From positions 489,399-545,808 of the forward strand of contig NW_005434621.1 in NCBI RefSeq assembly GCF_000315625.1: DNA of 56,410 bases, in the 5' to 3' direction. Made by a program: the position numbers and the translations under genes. This document shows positions 1 to 10,900 of this stretch, one piece after another. Position 1 is the stretch's first letter, and each line of letters opens with the position of its first letter. This DNA is from Guillardia theta CCMP2712. Lineage: Eukaryota > Protista > Cryptophyta. The notes under the pieces were generated by a model, which worked only from the letters and a program-made list of their open reading frames with translations, ran no database searches and had not been told where the DNA came from.

Positions 1-1451
1 GCTCCTCCTCGGACTTTGTCGAGTCGCCCGAGGGGGAGTCTTCGCCGGAGGTCTCCGACTCCGATGGGGGAAACACGTCGAGTGGCGCCGACGATCGGCG
101 CGGAGCTGGCGAGGCGTCTCCGTCCCTCACTGTGACGTCGGGTGCCTCCGGAGAGCTCGACACCACTGGGGTGCTTGCTGCTGGTCCGAGCTCGCCTGCT
201 TCCTCCCCGGCATCGGTCGGGTCACGCCGGTCCTTGGGCATTGCCGCGGCGTCGCCGCCGTCACGGGCGGCTACCACTGACTTGGCTACCGCTGACTCGG
301 AGGCTAGCGGAGATGATGTGCAGCAACGGAGGGATCGAGCTCGCGCTGACATAAACCTCCTGGCACACAGCGCGCAGCGAGAAGCTTCAGCTGGAGATAG
401 CAGTCGAGCATCTGAGCATAGCGGTGCGGGAAGGCCTTGAGGGGGTAGTAGCTCGAGACTCGCATCGGAGAGTGGCTCAGGTCTCGCTCAGGAAAATGAG
501 CGAAGATGGTAGACTGCAAGACCCTATCCTGCGACTTGAGCGAGTGTGTCCTGCGGCTGTGCAAGGTGAGGATATCACGCTGCTGATCGGTCAGCGCAGC
601 GCGAGCATGCACATGGCGAGGGAAGACGCGCATGACAAGAGGGGTCACATTTCGCTGCGCAGGGGGAGGAATGAAGTGCTCATGAGACGAGTCGACGAGA
701 GCGCGCAAACCAGGGATGTGTACCACAGATGCCGGGGGGCGTCCTGCGTCATCAGGCACAGCAGCCGGGGCAGGTGGGATCGCCGCGCCATCTGCAGCCG
801 GTGCAGGTAATGGATTCGCAGGAGCCCTCACACGACGGTAGAGGATCGCTCCAGCATTATGAACGAAGTCGTGCGCCTCAACGAAGAAGGTCGCCAGAGG
901 ATGCTTCTGGGCACGGAGAGATCTCGAGCAGTGAACGTCCAGGCTATGAGGAGAGGGCAACATCCGGGACATCGGCTGGTCAGAGTACCAAGCGAGGAAG
1001 CGAGCGATAGCCGTATAGTAAACAGCGGGGTGTAGACCCTCAGAGGGCGTGAACTCGTCCCCTCCCCGACTATGCGGAAGCTCCCGCTTGAACCTCGCAA
1101 ACTCTAGCAGGTCGGGATGCGCGGCGAGGTACTGCGAGGAGGGCCAGCGGTGGTATTTCTCAAGCGCCAGGTGGACAGAGAGGTCAAAGCGACGAATCTG
1201 TGATTGGACCCGCGGGAGAAACGGAGAAGACCCCTGGAGGAAGAAGCGCAGCTTCTGGAGATGGCTCGCCCTCACCAGCGTCTTGAACATGAAGCCATGC
1301 TGGACGAGCCCGAGCTTCGAGAGCTCTTCGTTGAGGGTGGAGACCTTCGCTCGGAGCTGACTAGCATGAAATCCATCCGTGCCGATAGGCAGGCCGCCAA
1401 GTGTTATCCCGCCAGTGACGACCTCGAAGTGAAGAAGTTGAGTCTGCAGGT

Positions 1452-1496
1452 AATGGATTTACTGGCAGAAGGTAAAAAGTGCCTCAAGCAAAACAA
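1452..1496. repeat. 45 bp junction motif, copy A (identical to 3622-3666)
   Basis: aatggatttactggcagaaggtaaaaagtgcctcaagcaaaacaa is read directly at both sites. Confidence 0.95.
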
Positions 1497-2877
1497 AGCA
1501 GGAACAAGCTGAAGTCTTGAGACGGCGCTTAAGGCTCTTCTTCAGCTGCGAGAGATCAGGGTGTTGATGCCAGGAGGGGATGTAAACTTTCGACTCGCGA
1601 GGTTGAATCTCTAGCTTCAGATCAGCCACCATGTACTTCTTCATAGCGGACGTAGCTGCAACGGCATCCTCGAGTGGACCGACAAGCACGACGTTGTCAG
1701 CATAGGCCAAGACTCGAACAGAGGGAAAAAGCTCTGCGATGTGGAGGAGCAGGGGGTGGATACTGTGGCAGAAAAATACGCTGGAGGGGACATCGCCCTG
1801 ACAGACGCCCGAGGTACACTGAACGGAGGCTGACTGACTTTTGTGAAAGAGTCGAAGGTCAGCAGCGTCTCCATAGTAGCTGGAGAGGTAGGAGGCGAAC
1901 AAACGGAGATGCTCGCAAGAGGGCAAGCTTGCGCCTTCAGTGATGCTCCCATCAAAGTAGTCGCGACTCGCACGTCCCTCGATTGCGTCAAAGAGAGCCT
2001 GGCGGTCGAGGGAGTTGAAGGCGTTCTTTGCATCCAAGCTCACCAGCACTGTGGGGTTGGCAACATCCTCATCATCACCGCGAGCGTGAAGGGGCAGGAG
2101 CGCTGACACGGTTTGCGAGAACTTCAGACAGCCGTCTCGATCGAGTCCGAACTGAATCGCTCGAGGGTGAGACGAGAGGAAGTGCTGGTCAAGAAATGAG
2201 CGAATCGCTGCCAAAGCAAGCTTCGTCGCGAGTCGACGGTGTGCAGAACCGATGACAATTGGCCGGAGACCAGGTTTATCAGCTCCCTTGGAGAGGGGAA
2301 TAAATCTGCCTCCTCGACGAATGGCTGACAGGGCAGGAATAAGAAGATCCGGCATTTGGCCAAGAAGGACCCCTTGGAGGATATGTTTGCAGTAGAGCTT
2401 CAAAGCTGCAGGATGACTAGAAAGGGGTGACAGGTGTTGCCGAATCCTCCACCCTTGGTCATCGGTCCCCGCAAAGGAGCTGTAGCGCTTGATCGCCTGG
2501 ATCAGGCTAGTGGTGTCGAGGATGTCAGTCAAATCCACCTGCAGTACTGCAAGCGCTTGCTGGGTGAGATGAGCCGCGGAAGCACTTCCAAAGGCAGGCG
2601 ACGCACCATCAGGGAACTTCTCTTGTGCTTCAGCAAGAAGATCAGCAAAAGATTCAGCCCTGTAGATGCCGGAGCTCAGTAGTGTCCGTACCGCCCGATG
2701 AAGGTCACCCGCAGTGAACTGATGAATCGCCAACTGTCTTTGGCGCTCGCTCGCAGAGGTGAGGGACAGCGTAGGTCGCGGCGGAGGAGCAGGCTCAGAC
2801 TCCTGAGACGATTGGCCGGACTGCCGCTGCTCCCTCGGCCCGCGCGGTTGTGGTCGCTGCTGTGGTGGTTGCTGGTG

Positions 2878-2932
2878 TTGCTGCTGCTGCTGCTGCTGAC
2901 GCGGACGCTGCTGCTGACGCTGGCGTTGCTGC

Positions 2933-2973
<41 letters not shown>

Positions 2974-3159
2974 CTGACGCGGGTGCTGCGGCTGCGGCTG
3001 CTGCGGCTGCGGTTGCTGCTGGTGGCTCTGCCGTTGCCGCCGCCCTCGCGAGGGCTGCTGGGGCGGTTGCAGCTGCTCCGACTCCTGCAGCTGCTGCTGT
3101 GGGAGGGACGAGGGCTGCCGAGGTGACCGCCGGCTGCAGGTGCCGAGGTGACCGCCGAA

Positions 3160-3250
<91 letters not shown>
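2878..3250. repeat. (CTG/CAG)n tracts inside the retroelement ORF (poly-Gln linker)
   Basis: About 30 pure CTG units at 3162-3250 and an imperfect tract at 2878-3020. Confidence 0.95.
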
Positions 3251-3251
<1 letters not shown>

Positions 3252-3621
3252 CCTTGGGGCGGTGAAGGCTGCCGCGCCCCCTTTGCTTGCTTCTTCCCAT
3301 GGGTTTCTGCAGCAGGCAGATAGCGCTTGAAAAGAGCTTTCCATTCACCCTTCAAGAAACGTCGGCACTGGCGCTTGATAAGCGCGTCCTTGGTAGGACC
3401 ATTGGCAGAGTTGGGTACGGGAAGCAGTAAGGTGGGAAGGTGCTCAAAGAGCAGAACAAGGGTCTGATAGCTGGACGAGGAAGGATCATATCGATCGATG
3501 AATTGCAGCAAAGACACAAGACAAGTCAGCCAAAGCTCTGCAGTCTCACCAAAGAGGTGAGACGCAGTGACATGAGGACGAAAGCGCTCATGAATATAGA
3601 GGAAGACTCGGAGGTTGGATC

Positions 3622-3666
3622 AATGGATTTACTGGCAGAAGGTAAAAAGTGCCTCAAGCAAAACAA
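3622..3666. repeat. 45 bp junction motif, copy B
   Basis: Identical to 1452-1496 and related to 4511-4562 (inverted) and 4665-4716. Confidence 0.95.
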
Positions 3667-4500
3667 TGCTCGCGCTGCGCTGACCGATCAGCAGCGTGAT
3701 ATCCTCACCTTGCACAGCCGCAGGACACACTGCCTTCCCGCACCGCTATGCTCAGATGCTCGACTGCTATCTCCATGGCATGCCGATCTGCCAGTGTCCG
3801 ACGGAATGTGATGGATGTCAGCGCGAGCTCGATCCCTCCGTTGCTGCACATCATCTCCAGACCTGCAAACGCCGATCCTCCAAGCTTCCCACGGCGCATG
3901 ACAACCTTACTCGTACGATTCGGTCGATGCTGAACGAAGCTGGTCTTCAGAGCGTCATCGATACAGTGGGGGATCCTCGTTCTCGACGGCAGGTACCCTC
4001 CCATCCTCATGGCCGCAAGATGAAGGGCGATATCCACATCCCTGGAATCCGCGATCGAGGGTCCGAGCAGTACGAGGGCTTGATGGCGGACGTGACGTTG
4101 GTCCACCCTTACATTGGTAGTTCTGCCGACCTGACCAAGTGGGGGGAGGTCAACCTCGACGCCCTCCATGTTGCAGCGTCTGAGAAGATTCGCAAACATC
4201 GCGCTGCATATGCTATGACTACTCCTCCTCGAGCGTTCATCCCTCTTGCCATCTCGACGGACGGTACCCTGCATCCTGACACCCTCCGCTTCATCTGGTA
4301 TCTCGCGGACATCATTGCTCAGCGCTCGATGCCTCTTGAGGATGCGGCGTTTGGTCGGCACTTCGTGCCTGATGACGGCCCTGCTGCTGAGGTCTTGGCT
4401 CGCAAACGCGCCGCCACCTATCAGCGCCTCACTATGCAGCTGACGCTGGAAGCGCTCTTGTCTGGTGCGAGGCGCATGACGCCCTTGCGGGCGCAAGCAC
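3667..4500 (+). mobile_element. 3' part of the same retroelement family in the opposite orientation: CCHC zinc knuckle plus restriction-like endonuclease
   Basis: Protein motifs CPTECDGC..HHLQTC, AHDNL, KGDIHIP, ADVTLVHP, EKIRKH and FIPLAISTDG. 3667-3858 is a reverse-complement copy (with indels) of 309-607. Confidence 0.8.
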
Positions 4501-4664
4501 TTCTCGTTGTTGCTGCTTTCTTCTGCTTGAGGCACTTTTTACCTTGTGCGAGTAAAACTCAGTCTACTCTGCTTGTCTACGTGGCTGCCCGCGTGGGCTG
4601 GCAGTGCAGGTACAGATGCAGGGATATATATGGCAGGGTCTGGTTGCCAGCAGTGCTGGTGGAT

Positions 4665-4900
4665 CTGAGTTTTACTCGCAGAAGGTAAAAAGTGCCTCAA
4701 GCAGAAGAAAGCAGCACTTTTTACCTTCTGCGCGAGGGAGTCATGCGCCGCGATCCAGACAGGAGCGCCTCCAGCGTCAGCTGCATGGTGAGGCGCTGAT
4801 AGGTGGCGGCGCGTTTGCGAGCCAAGACCTCAGCAGCAGGTCCATCATCAGGCACGAAGTGCCGACCAAATGCCACATCCTCAATCAAGAGGCAACGAGC
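4665..4900 (-). mobile_element. Short inverted copy of the retroelement 3' end
   Basis: Diverged reverse complement of 4324-4562, forming a tail-to-tail inverted repeat. Confidence 0.85.
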
Positions 4901-4933
4901 ATGCTACTTACTTTATACACAACTCAGAGCTCC

Positions 4934-7900
4934 TCACGTGATGGCATGGAACACGTTTTGCAGGAGGTTCTTGGTGTCGTAGTGGAGCTGGTGGGAGAAC
5001 TGTTGCTCTACTGCTGTTCGCCTCCCTCGCTGCTGCTCGTCCGACGTCCCTTCGTCTTGTACCTCCACATGCAGCAGCTGCAGCAAGTCAGCGACATCCC
5101 CGTCCTTTCCTCTTCCTCTCACCTGCAAGCACTGACGCAACTCCTGCTCGAAAAATCTGCCGGACTCAGCGAGGCGCTTGAAGAGGGAGCAGCACACGCC
5201 TGTCTCCTGCCGGAACTTGGAGGAGCAAACGTTGAGCATCTTGATATTGGGGAGGTCGTCAGAGAGGACCGTGTGAACCTGCATGACGATCTCGATCCAC
5301 GAGGTGAGGGACTGCAAGATCCGCTCGGCCAGCAGCTTCAGGTCCTCGATCACGTTTTCTTTCCCTAGGTTCTTCACGATGGTTGCTGGGTTGGTATTGA
5401 AGACATCTCCAGCTCCTCCTGTTCCTCCTGCTCCGCCGTTTTCGCTGCTCTGAGAGAACTTCTCTAGTCGATCTAGAAGGTCTTGTAGGAACTCGAAGAT
5501 TGCCGTCAGGTCCTCCAGCATCTGCTCCGTTGCCGTCTTGAGGATGTTGAGCTGATGAGGGATCAGCTTCCCGCATCGCCCCTTCACCCACATGTACGCC
5601 TCCCACTCGCTGCTGCTCTCGACCGTGTCCTTCACCTTCACCGCCCTCTCTTGCTTCAACCCCTTCATCATCGTCCTCTCGTGGTCCACGCTTGACTGCA
5701 GCACGAAGTCGCTTGTGTTTCGATGCGCCCCGCTGTCTTCTAGGATCGCGATCGCCACGCGCTTGCCGTGCCGGTACGCGTCATCCAACGGAGTTCCACC
5801 GAAGCTGTCGAGGGCGTCGAGGTTCATGGGGGGATCGAGGAGGCGCACGAGGTGGTCCAGTACCGTCACCTCCCCGTTGGAGGCTGCCAGGTGCAGGGCC
5901 GTCCGGTTGTTCGCGTCTGCGCTCTCCGGGTTGGCCCCGTTCACTATCAGCGCTTTCAGCTTCGCCACGTCGCCCTCAGCTGCGGCCGAGCAGAGCTCAG
6001 TCGCGATGTCGATACCCTTCAGCTGACCCCCGGACATTCGCAGGATCTCCTGGATCCTCTCGTGCTTGTGCCGCAGAGCGTCGCTCAGAGGCGTTCCTCC
6101 CGTCCGGTCCCGAAAGTTCGCGTCCGCTTTCTTCTCCAGCAGGTACTCCACCACGTCCACGTGACCCTCGCTGGCGGCCAGGTGGAGGGCCGTGCGCTGG
6201 TCGTAGTTGGACTCGTTGACTTCGATGCCGTTGACGATGAGTCGCTTCAGCTGCTCCTTGTTCCCCTCCGCCGCGAACTTGCACATGATGAAGCCGGGCT
6301 TCTTCCCAGGATACGTCAGCACCTGTTGCTGGTCCCGCAGGATGCCGGCGATCTCGTCATGGCAGTGCCGGACGGCGTCGTTGAGAGGCGTGTTGTGGTA
6401 GTTGTCTCTGATCGATGGGCTCGCTCCGTGCCCCAGCAGCAGCTTCACTGCCTCCACCTGCCCCTCGCATGCTGCGATGTGCAGCGCCGTACGGCCGTTG
6501 GCGTCTGTCTCGTCCACGTGGATGCCGATCCTCAGGAATCTCTTCATGTTCTCCAGCTCTCCTCGCGCACTTGCACCGCAGAAGGCGGCGATGTGCTCGG
6601 CCTTGCGCCGCTGGTTGAGAAACGCGACCTTCTGCTCGATGTTGGAGAGGATAACCGCATCGAAGCTGTCCTCCTGCAGCATCGACTGCTCGTAGTCTGT
6701 CGGGAGACTCTGCTCCTCGAACTCGTCGCCGGAAGAGACGCTTCGCTCTTCCTCCTTCAGCCGTTGGATGGTGGAGGACGCGATGCTCTTGCCCTGTCGC
6801 CCCGAGTTGTTCACGTTCCGCTCGTCCTTGGTCAGCTTGAACTGTCTCAACGCGTTCTGTGCGACGATCTCCTCGTCATCCGGATAAGCCTCTAGCACCG
6901 GCATGATCTGCGTCCGCACCAGTCGCAGGCACATGGCGCCCGAGCGGCTGCTGGCGCGAGCAGAGTTGATGTGGCGGACACCGAAGAAGAAGGAGAGGTC
7001 CCCGACGCTCCCTCCAGGCCCCACCGTCTTGTCGTGGATAGAAACGCCGTCGCTATCCTGCACGAGCTGATCGACGAAGCCAACGACGACGAAGTACATC
7101 TCATGCGCTACCATGTTCGACTGAAAGAGAAATTCCTCCGACCCGAAGTGAATCTCTCGCAGCAGCCCCTGGATGTTGGACTTAAGCTGGGCACTGCAGC
7201 CCTCGAAGAGCACGACGTTGTCGAGGCACTCGCGCGTCATGTTGGAGGAGATCTCGATGCGGAGGGAGTGCGAGACCGAGTCGAAGATGTCCGACGCCTG
7301 GTAGAAGGTCGAGCCGACGGAAGATCCCTGGAAGTACCTCCTGATCTCCAGCTTGAGGTCCGAAGGGATGTTGAAGCTCTGCAGGTAGCTCTCCACCGCT
7401 CCGATCTCCTCCCTCACCTTCACCAGCTTTTCGTCTCCCTTGAGGACGCCGGCTGAGATCTCCCCGATGATGTAGTTGAAGAGCGTAAGGTTGAGGCAGA
7501 GCAGGAAGATGGTGTAGGCGATCTCTCCGTAGTTCTTAGGCCACATGTCCCCGATCACCCCCGTGGAGGAGACGGTGCTTGACACCCAGTAGAGCGACAG
7601 CAGGTACTTGTTCCACGTCCCCGAGTACTCGGAGCCTGGCATGCCGTACCCCACGTAGGACGTCAGCAAATGTCGTCGCTGCTCATACGCCTCCAGCGAC
7701 GGCTCGTACCTGCCAATCACGATAACCTGTTAAAACCCCTCCTCTCTCTCTCTCTCTCTCTCTCCTCCTCTCTCTCTCTCTCTCTCTCTCTCCTCCTCTC
7801 TCTCTCTCTCTCTCTCTCTCCTCCTCTCTCTCCGTCTCTCTCACCATGTGGCTTCGCTCAGCGGCTCTCCCAGCCCCCGCCGGCCCATGAGGAACCAGAA

Positions 7901-10900
7901 GCAGCTGGTGAGGTGCAGGATCATGCAGATGTTGATGGCGAGGCGGACGTGGCTCTTGTTCAGCAAGGGGTCCAGCAGGCAGCTCTTGTGCTCCATCTGA
8001 GCGGACAGGAGGTAGAGCATCTTGGGTACGCGGGACCACGAGCACAGCGCGATGCTCGCCCCGCTCATGTAGCCGAACCAGTCCAGCGGCAGCGCCGCCA
8101 GCGCGTCGATCCAGAAACCACGCGAGAGGTAGTGACGAGCAATGCGCAGGCGATCTGTGACCCACCTTGACCTGCGCCGCAATCAAGAAGAGAGGATGAC
8201 GAGTAAGAGGAGAGTGAGGAAGAGGAAGGGAGTGTGAGAAGGAGGAAGAGGAGCGAGGAACGAGAGGAAGTGCTCACTGTTTGTTCATGTAGGCCACGTT
8301 GAATCCGACAAACAAGTTGAGTATGACGAGCAAGTCGACGAGGAAGGAGGAGGCGAAGAGGGAGGTGTCGAGCATGCTCTGGTAGGGCAGAAACGCGATG
8401 CGAGCAGGCACGTGGAAGAAGTAGAAAAAGGCTCCGAGATGCTGACCCGTGCGCCAGAAGCGAAGGGCGAAGGAGTTGGGGTTGAGGACGAGGGTGGAGT
8501 TGCCCATCATGAGCTCGCTCTGGTAGGACGCGTTGACCTCGCGGATCTTCTTCTCGATCTCAAAGAAGGAGACGGCATGCGCCTTCTTTCCCTCCGGTGC
8601 GAACACCTGCCAGAGCTCAGATCTAGCTGGACTCCTGTTGGGCCTCACCTGCATGAACTCCTCGACATGCATGTCGTTGATCTCCCCGCTGTAGTCGAGG
8701 AGCAGCAGCGCAAGAAACTCCTTCACCTGCTCCTGCCGTCAGGCCGCGTAACCGCCGCGCGTCGCGTCACCTTGCTGCGGAGGAGAGGCTTGGAAGTGTC
8801 GCCGACGACAGCATGGAAGGTCGACTCGTAGGCAGAAACGATCTCCTCGGAGAGCAGCAGGCCCTTGATGGAGCTGTAAAACAAGTGCTTGATGAAGCTC
8901 CTCAGCTGCTCCGAGTAGGAGGGGGAAGAAAACTCGTCATGGGAGAACTCACTCCCCTGATCGTCATCCTGCGCTTGGTCAAGCAGAGGCACGTCCTCTC
9001 GGATGCGGAAGGAGCCGCCTGACATGTTCTTCCAGGAGCCTGCCTTGCCGACAGTCGAGTTGATGTCGTTGATGTACAGCACCCATCGGCTGTACCAGTC
9101 GCTCTTGTCCATCAGCTTCGGGCATAGCTGGGGATCAAACGCACTAGCGAAGAAGCTCTGACCCACCTGTGCAGCATCAGGCAACCAATAGGTAGGAAGG
9201 CAGGTAGGCAGGTAGGTGGTTAGGTGGGTAGGAGAGGAAGGCAGGTAGGTGGGTAGGTAGGCAGGAGAGGAAGGCAGACCTCGCCAAGGAATTCTTGTAT
9301 GGGTGAGACTTCGTTGAAGTGAACGACACTCATGCCGGCACTGAAGATTTCCCAGGACTTCTCGATTGTTTTGATTCCCAGCTCGATTGCTTTCTTCGGG
9401 TTTGTCTCCGACGTGAAGTTGTGGATCCGCTTGCTCGACATCTTCGCCAGCCCTCGCCAGATGGCGAAGGCGAGCGACAGACGTTTGGTGTTGTCTGCCA
9501 TGCCCACCTCGAAGTGCTTGTGGATGGTCTCCATGTACGCTCGCACCCTCAGCTCGGTCTCGGACTGATGGACGTCCTTGGACGCCACCAGCGAGACGTG
9601 ATCGAACTCCTCCTTGGCGATCGTCTCCGTCAGGATCTCCTTCTCGTACTGGTCGAACTCAGAGTCCTTGGTCAGTGCGTGCGCAAACGCGATCACCAGC
9701 TGCGTCTTCACCTGCACGACGTGTCACCTCCTCCGCCCCCCCACCTTCCCTCTCCTCCTCCTCCTCCTCCTCCTCCTCCTCCCTGCCAAGCATCTCTGCA
9801 CCTGAAGGATGGCAGCAATGTCTGACTTGTGAACCTGAATCAGCTCCGTTCTTTGAACCGCTCGGACCATGAGGATTGGAGCGAAGCCGGTGAGGAGCCA
9901 GACCTCCCCGAAGAGCGTGTCAGAGCCGTACTCGAGCTTCAGGCAGATGTCGGATGCGTCATTGTGCAGCATGACGCGCAGCCGGCCCTTGTTGACGAGG
10001 AACATGCAGGGCTCCTTGAAGGTGAGCTTCTGACCCTCCTTGAGAATCACCCGCTTGCTCCTCCAGGCGATGTACTGCAGGTGAGAGAAGGACAAGACGC
10101 GCAGCACGTTGGACTTGAAGAGCGAGGAGAGCTTCAGTGAGTCCTCGTCCGCCTCCTGGCACATGATGTCTCGGAACATTTGACTCTGACACAGCAGCGA
10201 CGTCGGCGAGATGAAGCGATCACTCTGGTTCGTGTCCTGGTCGGCATCGATGCTGCTGAAGAATAGCTCTCGCCGCCTCGACGTGTTGAGGTCGATCTGC
10301 AGCGCCTCCAGCACCTTGGAGAACTGATCGAAGTCAGCCCACAGGTAGGAGGCTAAGCTGTTCCCGTCCGCCGGCCCCAAGGCAGCTTGGAAGGCGTCAA
10401 CGAGGGCGAACCACATCTCCTCGACGCGGTTCAGGTTCATGAGGCAGCGGTTGAACTCCTTGGCGAGGAAGATCTTGCCGCTCAGCGTGTCTCTCCCTCT
10501 CTTCTCTATCGTCGACGTGATTGTGTCCAGCTCCTCGTACAGCGCCAGCAGCTCGTGGTCTACCACGGTCTGGATGTACTCGTTGATGTCGATATCGTTC
10601 TCCAGCTTCTCGAAGAAGGCTCGAGCTGTCGGCAGCGCTCCCTCCTGCTTCATCTCGATCACTGCCGTCACTTCCTGCTTGATGGTCCCAAGCTTGAAGT
10701 CGTTGATCCGATCCGAGAAGGTGGCGCAGGTCAGGATGCAGTCCTTCACCTTGTCAAAGACCTGCGCTTGCACCTCTCGCTTGCCGCTCAACAAGTCTGC
10801 TGCGTGATTGAACAACCCCATCATGTCCCTTGACATATCCACCAGCGCATCGCACGATTCTCTCGCTATCCAGAAGGCTTCGATGGAGGGGCGATGAGGT

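Larger units (their letters stand above)
304..3621 (-). mobile_element. Decayed CRE-clade (RLE-type) non-LTR retrotransposon, RT-bearing body
   Basis: ORF 1459-3348 carries RT motifs LRPIVIG, IQFG, LDAKNAFNSLDR, GVCQGD and AYADNVVLVG. The thumb motif GITLGGLPIGT resumes below 1451 and runs into ORF 304-1290. The upstream frame (RQCRRFLKGEWKALF) is in ORF 2795-3517. It is broken by a 25 bp duplication (3116-3157) and an insertion near 1452-1545. Confidence 0.85.

Noticed and set aside
1-303. Continuation of the retroelement ORF
   Set aside because: Similarity to the plus-strand copy stops at ~309; the remainder is low-complexity and cannot be assigned from this window.
1452-1496. Junction motif as a tRNA, snRNA, rRNA or spliced-leader gene
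   Set aside because: No cloverleaf or snRNA/rRNA sequence that I can recognise; an Rfam search would be needed.
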